Of a DNA stretch of 64,000 nucleotides, positions 12,556-25,707 are shown in pieces. Below the pieces are notes generated by a model that was not told the origin of the DNA, ran no database searches, and saw only the letters and a list, made by a program, of their open reading frames with translations. Origin of the DNA: Haliotis rufescens (lineage: Eukaryota); assembly GCF_023055435.1 (NCBI RefSeq), contig NW_025964001.1, forward strand, positions 4,588,001 to 4,652,000. The letters are read 5' to 3'. The translations under genes were made by a program, and so were the position numbers. The first letter of the stretch is position 1, and each line of letters begins with the position of its first letter.

Positions 12556-12840
12556 TGTGAGTGAGTGAGTGAGTTGGATTTAACGCCGATTTTAACAGTA
12601 TTCCAGTTATATCACGGCCTGTCAGCTTAATGTGGGAGGAAAGCCTGAAGTGATGCAGGTCTCAGACGTTTACCACTTCGGTGAAACCCACGAGCACGGG
12701 TATGGTGCTGACAAACCTAGAAACATAATTGGGGCGAACCGGGATTCGAACCCAAAATCATAGGTTTCTGGCGTGCCCAAGGGACGCAACTCTGCACAGC
12801 GAATCGCGGCGCCTTAGACGACTGGGCCACCCGTGCTCCC
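12556..12840 (-). mobile_element. Family V SINE, full length
   Basis: Reverse complement of the 12022 copy. TSD acactgg. Confidence 0.9.
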
Positions 12841-14123
12841 ACACTGGCGTGACAGTGACGATATGCCGGAGTGTTGAAATGCAACCAGTCGGCTTCTCTC
12901 ACAATGGAAACAATGTCATTAGTCCAGAGGGTACGTGTGAATATTTATCTTTTATTTTCGTCTAATCTGTTACAAACTCTCGCTACGCGTGTCCCTCTCG
13001 GATTTGTTTGCAAAACGCAATTTTCTCTACACGTGCTACAAAATCTCTTGAATACCATACTTAATAGATATGTCACTGGTACCGACAATATACCCAGCGC
13101 CCCATTGCTGGCGTTAACTTCCGCGCGTATGCGAGTGCATGTAGAAATCGGAAGGTCATGTGCAAGGTCAGTGATACCAAGGTGAGCGAAGCGGATATTA
13201 TGTCATGCCGTAATCACGGACCTAACGACCGCCATGTTATCACTGACCCTGAAACATTACCGACACTCCGTCAAACCCGGCAGCATTTCTCCATCGACAG
13301 GTTAACGTCATTTCCTGTCAGTAACGTGGCTCGTCACCTTCAGGCCAAGGACGAAAGTAGCTCAACAGGCCGGGGTTGCCGAATTCTGACCTTCGCCTCA
13401 CCTGCAAGCAAGGGTTCACGCCAGACCCATTTATTTTAATTTGAAACCTCTCAGGTACACAAGTTTCCCGAAAACACATGCTGTGGCAGAGCCATGAGGA
13501 TGGGGGTCGTTTCGGGAGCTATTTCTGAGTTGTTAAGTTTGTTATAAACAAAATACGCAACCTAGGGTTGGTGTCAGCCATTACGTGACTCGTGCATGGC
13601 GTGGCACTGATTGATACGCGGACAAGATGGTGGATGGATTCAAACCTGCACCATGCCTAAACCTACAATATGAAGGATTGCCGTCGGTTCTATAACGCGC
13701 TACAAACAGCAACATTTTCCCATTACCAACACCAACGGGATAAAACGTAATCTTCAAACCAGACTCGTTTTCTTTCAATTCTTCGACGCTGTTGTCTTCC
13801 TTGGCGAATACCGTGTCAAAATACAGGAAGATTTATGTGATTTGAGGAAAGTGTGTCGGCATGTTTACTTGTTTGCTCTGTGTGAACATACATCTCCTCC
13901 AGCCACGCGGACGGATGCACGTACAGCGTATGCACAGTATCCCGCCGATATTCGTGTTTACTTGCTTACCATGTATCAAGCACCAGCAACGAATTAGGAC
14001 TCAACAAATAACATCTTCTTTTCCGTTGACGTAATAAATAAAAATAACCATCATGTATGTTGTGAACGTGGTACTAAACTAACAACACATAAAAACATAA
14101 ATAACAAAAATGAATGAACACAA

Positions 14124-14395
14124 GAGTGAGTGAGTTGTGTTTAACGCCGCTTTTAACAGTATTCCAGTTATATCACGGTCTGTCAGCTTAATGTGGGGGG
14201 AAAGCCCGAAGTGATGCAGGTCTCAGACGTTTACCACTTCGGTGAAACCCACGAGCAGGGTGCTGGCAAACCTAGAAACATAATTGGAGCGAACCGGGAT
14301 TCGAACCCACAATCATAGGTTTCTGGGGTTCCCAAGGGACGCAACTTTGCACAACGAATCGCGGCGCTTTAGACGACTGGGCCACCCGTGCCCCC
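14124..14395 (-). mobile_element. Family V SINE
   Basis: High similarity to 12556-12840. Confidence 0.9.
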
Positions 14396-16454
14396 CTTAT
14401 TTGGAGAGAGTGTAAAAGTTTATGTCATGAGTCCTCTCGTGTTTACCACAAAGTCTTGTCTGAAGACCGATTCTTCTCAACGTTTTCTCATTTTTTTTTG
14501 TCTGGAGCTTGCCGTAGTTTATTCCCTTTTGTTATTGAAAGCGAGACAAGATGTATATTATATGCCGTGTTATCTATCCCGGAAGCTGAAGATAAATACG
14601 TTTGTTTATCGTGTAAATGAACTTTTAGTCACTAACAGTGTCGTATATAAGCTAGGTTATTATTTCTCATTATGGTTAACATTTTACGCGTGCAATTATC
14701 TATGTGCAGATAAACGACTAAAGATCTCTGTGGGAGGGGGTTTATTCACCAGACACACCCCACCCCCCACCCCCAATCTCTTTCAAAATGCTGGCTACGC
14801 CCTTGGTCACTGTGAGAAGGATAGCTTTATCCTGGAGGAACATCGCTCACCGATGTAACCGTTGTTATAAATGTGGTCAGAACCTAAAAACACTTTTATA
14901 TACTTGTACTTTGTATATACAACTTGAATTGGTGGCACTTCCTGTGCCCGTTTCAACCGTAAATATCTTTAAGAACAGATTATACATTTCAGTAAATAAA
15001 AAAATCCTTTCGTTTAGATAACTTTTTTCTTTCTCTTCAACGATTTTGACATGACCCCTTAAACTCAAATGTAACGGTATATCTAAAATTTTACAAAACG
15101 TCCAAACAGATTTCAGCCAGGCTGTATATGTTCCATATACACTGTTGTGACTGTTGCTATCTTCAACCCACACTACCAATCAGCCCGTGCTGGATTCTAC
15201 ATGCACTGACAATGACAGTGCGTGAAACAGGAAACCTGTTCCCTGAAAGCATCTCTACATCTTTCCTCTCAGCTACAGTAGTGAATGAAACAGTTCCGAG
15301 CTCGCTTCCCGCGGTTTATTGGCAGTGCCGTGATTCCTAAAGCCACCCGCTTCATCAACCTCGGCTTCTGCAACCAAACTCACGTTCTGACAGCGCCCGG
15401 AAATGTCAGATTGTAGTTATTCTCCTGCCTTTTTTACAATGAGTTTATTGGTAGCCTTTTCTCCCCATAGAAGAGTGATATACTTATATGTTTAAGAACC
15501 CCCAAGGAATTTGCCCAGCAAGGAGCTCCAAAACCGTTCAATGTCATGGCTCGCTTCCCGGGAAGGGTTTTGTTATTTATTTATATGCCGTCTATGCCTG
15601 CCACCGATTAATATGCTTAAGATAACAGTACCGTAATACACGTCCATGTTAATGACGTGTACCAGCCGTTCACATCGCGAGATGTTGCGGAGGGTGTCGT
15701 CATTTATGGTGGCTCCCCCTCGTGGAGGGCTCGCGTGTCAAGTAAGGCGGGTTAGGAAGGGTGAGAACTCCAGCATTTCTTTCATTATCATGGCTTTAAT
15801 GAGATTGATTTTCTATATCTAGCTGTTAGAAGTCGAGTTTAATCAGCGTCGTTCCCCGTCGACGATGTCGTGATCGTCCTTGACATCAGCATGTGCCATG
15901 TGTCATGTGTAGTAGGCAAAACGTGACAGGTGTTACATCCATGCCACTATACCAGGAACTATTTAAAAAACACACAAACTGAAAATTATACACATCGATT
16001 TAAGTAAATTGTGCTTATTCTTCCCATTGACGTTTGTATCTTTATAAAGTAAAAATAATTCATTCTCAATAATTATGTCTATCCTAGTCGTTCAAAGAGT
16101 ACGTTAATTTGTAATTAAATTATACACTAAATTAGCCATTTATTGCAGTTTGGGGTTTAAAATATCGTGCTCTATTTGATAATACGTTTTGTTTCTGGCA
16201 TTGCTAGCTAAATGCTGTTTTTATCCCACGTAAAAGACTTGCTGTGCTTTGTTTTATCATTGGAAATATAACGTATTAGCTCATTTTCTGCTTTCGGCAA
16301 CGCCTGGACTTTATCACTGTCATATTAGGAGAAGTAACCTTTTTACACAGTAAATAATTGATACCGTTATCCTAACCCGCCAGACACGACCGACAGTGTA
16401 GAACTATATCCGTTCACAGGCGGCTATTACACTTCCACCTTGTCAGGCAGGAGT

Positions 16455-16590
16455 AATTTGATTGGCTGGAAGGTGGAACCTAACTCCCCAAGGATTGCTC
16501 CCATTGGTTGTTCAAGTGGTAATGTTTTCACGTGGGATTGGTTCAATTTGTTACCAAGATGGCGGCACGCACCCCCGGGACTTCCGGTAT
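16455..16590 (+). promoter_or_regulatory. Promoter-like motif cluster
   Basis: Three attgg (reverse CCAAT) at 16461, 16503 and 16537, cacgtg at 16529, YY1-type caagatggcggc at 16555, ETS-type acttccgg at 16580. Confidence 0.4.
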
Positions 16591-16885
16591 TGCGTACACA
16601 GGTGGAATTTCGTGTGAACGGGAAAGGGCAAGTCTGTTGATTTAGGAAAGACATATTGTTTTGTAACATTAGAAAAGACACGCTGACCTATTAAACTATG
16701 GCACGTCTAAACGCAATTCCCACCACGTGGGGACTGTTGAAATAACAGACCATATCTATAAGCAGTTCAAAAGGTCAATAGTATTCAAATGATGATCGAT
16801 CGGAACTGTAATCAAATATACACGCGAGGCGCTGATTAGGAATTGAATTTCATAAGCATGCATAGTCAAGATAATTCATTTAAGT

Positions 16886-16975
16886 AGGGGCGGACGGGTA
16901 GCCTAGTGGTTAAAGCGTTCGCTCGTCACGTCGAAGACCCGGGTTCGATTCTCGACATGGGTAAAGTATGTGAAA
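16886..16975 (+). mobile_element. Family T tRNA SINE, 5' part
   Basis: ggggcggacgggtagcctagtggttaaagcgttcgctcgtcacgtcgaagacccgggttcgattc. Confidence 0.8.
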
Positions 16976-17425
16976 TTAAATAAATGGACCACTGAAAATC
17001 AGGGATGACACCAGGTGTCCCTGGTCCCCTGGTCCCCACAGGGTGGTAATTTGTAAGAGAATCATCTCATTTCAATAGAAACTTATGTCCTGGATGTCTC
17101 TCCATTGCATCCTCACATGATCTTCTTCATCAATATGGTATAGTAAGGTCGTAAACTTTGGCGAAATTGTGAAACGTACAAGTAAGTAATCGTTTACCAG
17201 ACTGACTTAAATCAAAGCATGGTCAGCTATTCTTTGCTCTTATTAAAGAGTCAGCGGTTTAACGAGGCCTTCTGCAGTAATATGACTGTTTGGGTTTTTT
17301 AGGCTTAAAAATATTCGATAATGTGAACTTGTAAATGTAATTGATTCCTAGTTTAACAGACAGGTCTCATTGCCAACGCTTTGTACTGTGTTGGTTTCAC
17401 TTCTGTGCACCTGCTGGTATATCCC

Positions 17426-17658
17426 ACCCGTGAAGATCCGGGTTAGAATGGGTCTTCAGCAACCCTTGCTTGCCGTAAGAGGCGACTAACGGGATCAGGT
17501 GGTCAGACTCGCGGACTTGGTTGATACACGTCACCGAATCTCAGATCGTAGATTGATGCTCATTGTGTCAATCACTGAACTTTCTGGTCCAGATTTGATT
17601 ATTTACAGACCGCCGTCATATAGCTGGAATATTGCTGAGTGCGGCGTTAAACAATAAT
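17426..17658 (+). mobile_element. Family H SINE-like element, full length
   Basis: acccgtgaagatccgggttagaatgggtcttcagcaaccc...gctggaatattgctgagtgcggcgttaaacaa. Confidence 0.9.
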
Positions 17659-19169
17659 CAGAAGCTGCGGAATATAGATCCACCGCACCCTTGACAAGAG
17701 AGCCGACAAACTAGGGATTGGTGCTTGAACGTCATGGGATGCACACGGGGATGGGATATTTTTCATTCGTGGTTGCCAGGTCCAGACTGCGCCTTAAAAC
17801 AACATTCTCTTCAGTTATTCATTTCTTGCAAAATTATTCCAGAATAGAGCTTTGGTGTTCATGCAACTTGAGATTACCTTGTAACAGGACACGTCCCTAA
17901 TACCAATACTTTTCTCAAAAATGAATAAATAAGTCAATAAGTGAATAAAAAATACATTTTATGTTATTGATTATATATGTTTCGTTTATAAAACAACTGA
18001 ATCATAATTCCACCGGCAGATTCTTCCAAGATTTACAATATTATATTTGAATGTTGATGTTTTGATAATATTTATCTAAATATGTGGCGCATCTCTGAAC
18101 AAAAGTGAAATAAATCAATTTAAGGATCGCATTACTTTCCTGCTTTCTTTCATCGATCGGAATTCAACAATTTGAATAATTCAAAAGTGGTCCGAGTCAG
18201 GCGAAATGATGTTCAGTGTATTGGAACAGTTCCTGAACTACAACCATACACTGCTGTACGTACGTACCGCGGGAGCAGCTTGAATCACCCGTATGTTTAG
18301 AACAGTCCTATATCAACCTGACGGAACGATGCCGACGAAGCACTGCCTTCTTAATGCTGAAATAAATCCCGATTTGTGATCAGAACCGTTAGAGGTCTAA
18401 CTTTTCTTGAGATATTCTTAGGGATGAAAAAACATGAAAGCCACGGTAATTTACTTTTTTGAAATGACCTGTCTGCAATAGAATGCTAAAAACTATGAAT
18501 TACACGTAATTCTTTTTCTAATTTGACGTCCCCAAACTAACAGAAAAAACGAAAGGTGGTCAATCAAACTAGACATTATACGCCCAAAGCAGTTATCTCC
18601 CCTTTGCAGTAAAGTAAGTCTAGTTATTTGTATGGTATGGCCTGTTCGTACCAGGTTAGCAGTTTCACACTGAACAGAAAGGGACTTCCGTTTACTCTAG
18701 GCATAAATTTAGTTTGAGCCAGGGGAAGGTTGATCTTAAGAAGGTTTTCTGCTTTATAGAAACATAAATCTACATGAAAACGAGATGAGATGGAAGGCAG
18801 GGAACCAGGCTTATCTTTACGGTGACGTAAACTCGACAGGGAAAACCTGCAGTGGACTTTTTGCAGATTCAACATCGCGCCACCATGACAGTTTCATTAA
18901 TATGACACCCGATCTACTAAGTGTTTTATATATGTTTTCCTTTACGCTTATGTGTTTTGTGATGTTTACACATTTAAGTAACAAAACTACGGGTGTGTAT
19001 TTTCAAAATTATATTTTAAACTGTTATGATAAATAATGTCCCGTCAAGTGTACGTTGATTCAAGCAATGAGAATTGTAGGTGGCGCTGCCTGAAGCGGAA
19101 AGGGCATTTTCTATGGAGGGAACAGAAGCGAAGGTCAATCATTAATGGGTGTGGCAGACGTTAATGTCA

Positions 19170-19216
19170 TCACATGATAGCTATAATCGTGTCATGTGAC
19201 CGTCACGTGACACGTG
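19170..19216. promoter_or_regulatory. Dense E-box cluster (CLEAR/M-box type)
   Basis: tcacatga, gtcatgtgac, gtcacgtgac and cacgtg within 47 bp. Confidence 0.35.
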
Positions 19217-20335
19217 TGGTCGTATCAAATGGTGCGAGCTGAGGGATCAGTAGGTGGCTTCCTGTGTCTTCTGTCTCCCTCCCGGGTCTCCTTGACGCCC
19301 TTCCCCGGGGGAGGGGATTAAGGTGGTCACGGTGCGGCTCCCTACACGTCTGCATCGCAAGGGGGAGACGTGGGGTCGTGAGAAATAGGATGACAATTTC
19401 AAAGACTGAAATCGAGAACTTTGAATGACGCTTTTTGTAAGGAATTTGATCTGTATCAATACGGTAGAAAACATGCAACATTTCGTCGAAAAAAGCATGA
19501 AGTCATCAATTTTTTAAACGTTTTTGTCAAACACGAAGACATAAGTAAATATGTAATTGGCTTAAAGAATGCCTCCTGCAAGGCTCGCCATTTCCACAGG
19601 CTATTCCCGAAACACTAGCCCCAGAAACTATTCTCGACATCCCTCATAGAACTGCATCACTAGAGCCAAGCTCTCCCCCTTTCAGCAAGAACTCTCGAAT
19701 TCTTAAATAATGAGCTTATGCAACTGTTCACACATGAATCGAACACGACTTCAAGCTGTTGCCGTTGCCGTTGCCCTTGACATTTTGGTTTTGGTTATAA
19801 ATGAGCGTTTTGAATGTTTTAGCATGAAACACCGTGTTAGTTGCATGTTTGCGGTGACTGAAGTAGTGGGATGAAATGCTCTATGATGTGTTAAGGAGCT
19901 GATCATCTACAGAGAGCAGGATTAAGTGAATTTACTTGACTTAAAGTAACAAATTTGATTAATGCATGAAACGTGACACATTGGTTGTTTTGAACACTGC
20001 GACCATACGACGTGAAACTTTTAACCTGGAGATAGTAACTCTCACAGTCGCTGAACCATATTATTTTCCCTTTCGCTCAACCCTTGTAATGCTAAAGCCC
20101 TAAATGAAGCAAGTCTAGATTTTCCACATGTTCAGGTTCATAATCTCCCATCTCACTGAGGCTGCTTTCCAACCTATATCTGGTTGCTTGTTTCTATCAA
20201 AATTAAATATTTTCAGAGACTTAGTGGTCTTCCTGATGATTTGACTTACCGACAACCCCATAACCCCACTATCCCTACCGTTAACAAGAACGCCTAATCA
20301 AAGGCATTTACTCCCCTCCCTGTTTCAACTTCAGA

Positions 20336-22683
20336 CATGTCCCTCCCGTTGACACACATTCCCTTCACCTCCCTATCAACCCCTCACATGTCCCTCCCCT
20401 TGACACAGACATTCCCTTCACCTCCCTATCAACCCCTCACATGTCCCTCCCCTTGACACAGACATTCCCTTCACCTCCCTATCAACCCCTCACATGTCCC
20501 CCCCCTTGACACACATTCCCTTCACCTCCCTATCAACCTCATACATGCCCCTACCCTTGACCTCCCTATCAACCTCACACACGTCCCTCCCCTTGACACA
20601 GACATTCCCTTCACCTCCCTATCAACCTCACACATGTCCCTCCCCTTGTCCTTGACATTCCTTCACACACACACCTCATCAACCTCATACATGCCCCTAC
20701 CCTTGACCTCCCTATCAACCTCACATATGTCCCTCCCCTTGACACAGACATCCCCTTCAACTCCCTATCAACCTCACACATGTCCCTCCCCTTGACACAG
20801 ACATTCCCTTCAACTCCCTATCAACCTCACACATGTCCCTCCCCTTGACACAGACATTCCCTTCAACTCCCTATCAACCTCACACATGTCCCATGCCCCC
20901 CCCCCCCCCCCCCCCCCACCATCGACACACATTCCCTTCACCTACCTATCAACCTCACCCATGTCCCTCCCCCCCCCCTTGTCCTAGACATTCCTTCACA
21001 CACACACACACACCCATCAACCTCACACATGCCCCTACCCTTGACCTACACATTCCCTTCACCCCCCTATTAACCTCTCACATGTCCCTCCCCTTGACAC
21101 ACATTCCCTTCACCTCCCTATCAACCTCTCACATACCCCTACCCTTGACCTACACATTCCCTTCACCCCCCTATTAACCTCTCACATGTCCCTCCCCTTG
21201 ACACACATTCCCTTCACCTCCCTATCAACCCCTCACATGTCCCTCCCCTTGACACACATTCCCTTCACCTCCCTATCAACCTCACACATGTCCCTCCCCT
21301 TGACACACATTCCCTTCACCTCCCTATCAACCCATCACATGCCCCTCCCCTTGACACACATTCCCTTCACCTCCCTATCAACCTCACACATGTCCCTCCC
21401 CTTGACACACATTCCCTTCACCCCCCTATTAACCTCTCACATGTCCCTCCCCTTGACACACATTCCCTTCACCTCCCTATCAACCCATCACATGCCCCTC
21501 CCCTTGACACACATTCCCTTCACCTCCCTATCAACCTCACACATGTCCCTCCCCTTGACACACATTCCCTTCACCTCCCTATCAACCCATCACATGCCCC
21601 TCCCCTTGACACACATTCCCTTCACCTCCCTATCAACCTCACACATGTCCCTCCCCTTGACACACATTCCCTTCACCTCCCTATCAACCTCACACATGTC
21701 TCTCCCCTTGACACACATTCCCTTCACCTCCCTATCAACCCATCACATGCCCCTCCCCTTGACACACATTCCCTTCACCTCCCTATCAACCTCACACATG
21801 TCCCTCCCCTTGACACACATTCCCTTCACCTCCCTATCAACCTCACACATGTCTCTCCCCTTGACACAGACATTCCCTTCACCTCCCTATCAACCTCACA
21901 CATGTCCCTCCCCTTGACACAGACATTCCCTTCACCTCCCTATCAACCTCTCACATGTCCTCCCCTTGACACAGACATTCCCTTCACCTCCCTATCAACC
22001 TCACACATGTCCCTCCCCTTGACACAGACATTCCCTTCACCTCCCTAACAACCTCACACATGCCACTACCCTTGACACAGACATTCCCTTCACCTCCCTA
22101 TCAACCTCACACATGCCACTACCCTTGACCTAGACACTCCCTTCACCTCCCTATCAACTTCACACATGCCACTACCCTTGACTTAGACATTCCCTTCACC
22201 TCCCTATCAACCTCACACATGCCACTACCCTTACACTTAGACATTCCCTTCACCTCCCTATCAACCTCACACATGCCACTACCCTTAACACAGACATTCC
22301 CTTCACCTCCCTATCAACCTCACACATGCCCCTGCCCTTGACTTAGACATTCCCTTCACCTCCCTATCAACCTCAACCATGCCCCTACCCTTGACTTAGG
22401 CATTCCCTTCACCTCCCTATCAACCTCACCCATGCCCTCCCCTTGACACAGACATTCCCTTCACCTCCCTATCAACCTCTCCCATGCCACTACCCTTGAC
22501 TTAGACATTCCCTTCACCTCCCTATCAACCTCACACATGCCACTACCCTTGTCCTAGACATTCCTTCACACACACACACCCTATCAACCTCACACATGCC
22601 CCTACCCTTGACCTAGACACTCCCTTCACCTCCCTATTAACCTCACACATGTCCCTCATGTCCCTTTACACAGACATTCCCTT
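20336..22683. repeat. 51/53-bp C-rich minisatellite, about 45 copies
   Basis: Unit catgtccctccccttgacacacattcccttcacctccctatcaacctcaca. Confidence 0.95.
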
Positions 22684-24023
22684 GAATCCCCTGTCAGTAC
22701 TTGAATCCTTTCTACCCACAAGAAATGTTGCAGTAATGCTGGGATATAGTAGATAGTAGTAACCTGTCTACGATACGCAGACAAATGAATCTTTCTTGGA
22801 AGGGTAAGGCCTATATGTCTCCCTGAAACGAGAGGAACTGCCGTTTCTTTTTTTCTCCATCAACCATGCATCCTGTTATTTTTTACGGCGAGTTTTTATC
22901 CCAAGCATTTGATGTCAGCCTTCGTTGGTGAAAAATGAACCTGAAACATAAATATTGAAAGAAGTATACAGAAGACATTGATCGACTGGGTCTGGTCACG
23001 TGACTGCATAGCGCCACCTATGATTGATGGCAAGATGTTGCAGTGCTAATTAGGTGACGGGATGTTTTGTCTGTCGGCGACAGTCAACAATCCCGCCAAA
23101 TTTGACCTGGTCTGTTTTGGTTTTTACAGTTCGTGTTTTTGTTATTTAATCTTAAAAGGAATGCGTTTTTTGTCAGGTAATGTATTTTTTGGCCCGTTTG
23201 AGACAAGATAATGTGGTTGAACGTTAGCTTTGGGTTCGTTTGGCCTCACCAAATAGCGTAAGGGAATTTCAATCGATTAAACATTTAAATAGATTGGTGT
23301 TAGGTTTGATAGACATCTCAACATTAGGGATCAATTAAAATTCCTGTTCGACAATAACGTCAATTGAGAACAGTCTTTCTTTTGAGCTTATAGCAGCGGC
23401 GCGGGTTGTAGCTCTGAACTCAAATGGCCCCCTGTTACAGACTTTTATCAGACAGGTAAACAAATATATGCCAGCGGAAGCTCAATCTTCGTAAGGTATT
23501 GCCCCTTCACAGTTCATAAAACACCTGATAACTGTCAAACCTCTGATCAAACACTGTCACATAAAACACAAATGGCATACAGGGGTACAGCGATACGAAA
23601 AAAATGCATACTGTACAAGGTGGGAAAAACATAAAGTTGAAAGTTTGTTTGACTAGAAATCCGATTCTTATCATGACCAACGGCAGTATTTTAATAGGGC
23701 TACTAACTGTTTTTATTTGATCGTGTGATGTGGAAACCATCTGTAGCCATAGAGGGCAGGTCACCGGTTTGTCCTTTGAGGAGACCTGACCTTTTGATCC
23801 TGGGAGATAAATTTTGAGTTGACCTGAACATAGTATCGGTTGTTGCTTGGATGCCTCATGATGGCGGTCAGTCGGCAACACGTTGTAGGATTGTGCGCTC
23901 GGTCGTTGTCGTCCGATCCTGTCTTCTGATGAATGCACGCGATTTGGGAGGACGTCCAGTTGACAGGAAATCCATCTGATTGATATTTTGGAAGACCGAC
24001 ACGAGGACATAAACTCATCGCTT

Positions 24024-25030
24024 GGGTGGAATATGGTATAGCGGGTAGGGAGGAAGGTGGGTATAGTCGGGTGGAATATGTTTGTTTGTTGTTTAACGCC
24101 GCACCCAGCAGTATTCCAGCTTTATGACGGCGGTCTGTAAATAATCGAACCTGGACCAGACAATCCAGTGATTGTTATCATGAGCATCGATTCACGCAAT
24201 TGGGATCGATGACATGCATCAGCCAAGTCAGCGAGCCTGACCACCCGATCCCGTTAGTCGCCTCTGGCGACAAGCCGCCTTTCACAGCAAGCATGCAGGT
24301 GGAATATGGTATATCGGGTATGGAAGAAGGTTGGTATAGTCGGGTGGAATATGGTATAGCTGGTAAGATAAAGGTGGGTATAGTCGGGTGGAATATGGTA
24401 TAGCTGGTAAGATAAAGGTGGGTATAGCCGGGTGGAATATGGAATAGCTGGTAAGATAAAGGTGGGTATAGTCGGGTGGAATATGGTATAGCGGGTAGGG
24501 AAGAAGGTTGGCATAGTCGGGTGGAATATGGTATAGCTGGTAAGATAAAGGTGGGTATAGTCGGGTGGAATATGGTATAGCTGGTAAGATAAAGGTGGGC
24601 ATAGTCGGGTGGAATATGGTATAGCTGGTAAGATAAAGGTGGGTATAGTCGGGTGGATTATGGTATAGCGGGTAGGGAGGAAGGTGAGTATAGTCGGGTA
24701 GAATATGGTATAGCGGGTGGGGAGAAAGGTGGGTATAGCCGGGTGGAATATGGTATATTGGGTAAGATAAAGGTGGGTATAGTCGGATGGTATAGAGGGT
24801 AGGGAGGAAGGTGGGTATAGTCGGGTGGAAATGGTATAGCAGTTAGGGGAGGTGGGTATAGTCGGATGGAATATGGTATAGCAGGTAGGGGGAGGTGGGT
24901 GTAGTCGAGTGGAATATGGTATAGCTGGTAAGATAGAGGTGGGTATAGTCGGGTGGAATATGATTGCGAGGGTAGAGAGGAGGTGGGTTGAATATGATAT
25001 AGCGTGTAGAGAGGAGGTGGGTAGAAGTCG
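24024..25030. repeat. 44-bp G-rich minisatellite interrupted by a family H element
   Basis: Unit gtcgggtggaatatggtatagctggtaagataaaggtgggtata. Confidence 0.95.
24081..24296 (-). mobile_element. Family H element, 5'-truncated, inside the minisatellite
   Basis: Matches the H consensus. ggtggaatatg on both sides (apparent TSD, although it is also part of the repeat unit). Confidence 0.85.
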
Positions 25031-25707
25031 GGTTGTACAACCAATACAATGGAAGGGTAGATCGAGGGTTCGTCAGTGGACTTCAGAAAGATATGCGTAT
25101 GATGTAAACATAGAACCACTCATAGCTTACTTGCTGAAATCTTCCATCTGCAAACCTGATAAAAGGGATGTCTCCGCTTGCTTAACTGGCATGAAGAAAA
25201 ATAATTGTGAAATTCTTCCCCGGTAATGATAGAAGGTACGCCGTTTTTACAGTGAAGTTGCGTGTATGTGTGACGGCCTTATCTGAACAATGTGGACGTG
25301 GACTGATGCCGAGGACACCCCCGAGTGACAGATGACTCGGGGGAGGGGCGAAGCGTTGTGGGGATCACTAACGGGGTGACAGAGACTTGGATCCGATGGC
25401 AGGAACTGCATTAGACGTGTACACGGAGGTGCATGTGGACAAGCGGCGGCTGCCACGGGGACGTCAGTGATGGTGGATGGATGAGAACATGCCCTGCATC
25501 TGAGGACAAAAAGGGCATCAGTGCTGTTTCAGAGGGAGATTTAGTATTACGCCATCAGAAGAACCCATTGTCACTCTCAGGCCATTGCGTGTTTCCTTCC
25601 AGTAGAATGATCAGGCGTGATTGAATAGTAGAAAACCATATTACAAAACAACACATATATAATTTTGTATTGGGTGTATCTGTATAAAGAGAGATGCGTT
25701 GTTCGGG

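Noticed and set aside
13581-13862. Possible THAP-like peptide (SGLKITFYP)
   Set aside because: The C2CH ligands and the conserved Trp are missing.
21186-21917. 243-aa MSLPLTHIPFTSLSTSH repeat ORF
   Set aside because: It is a by-product of the 51-bp unit; the frame is broken by 53-bp variants elsewhere in the array.
25287-25362. HDV-like look: hairpin cccccgagt/actcggggg followed by ggcgaa and a possible P2
   Set aside because: No P1, P3/L3 or P1.1 could be built.
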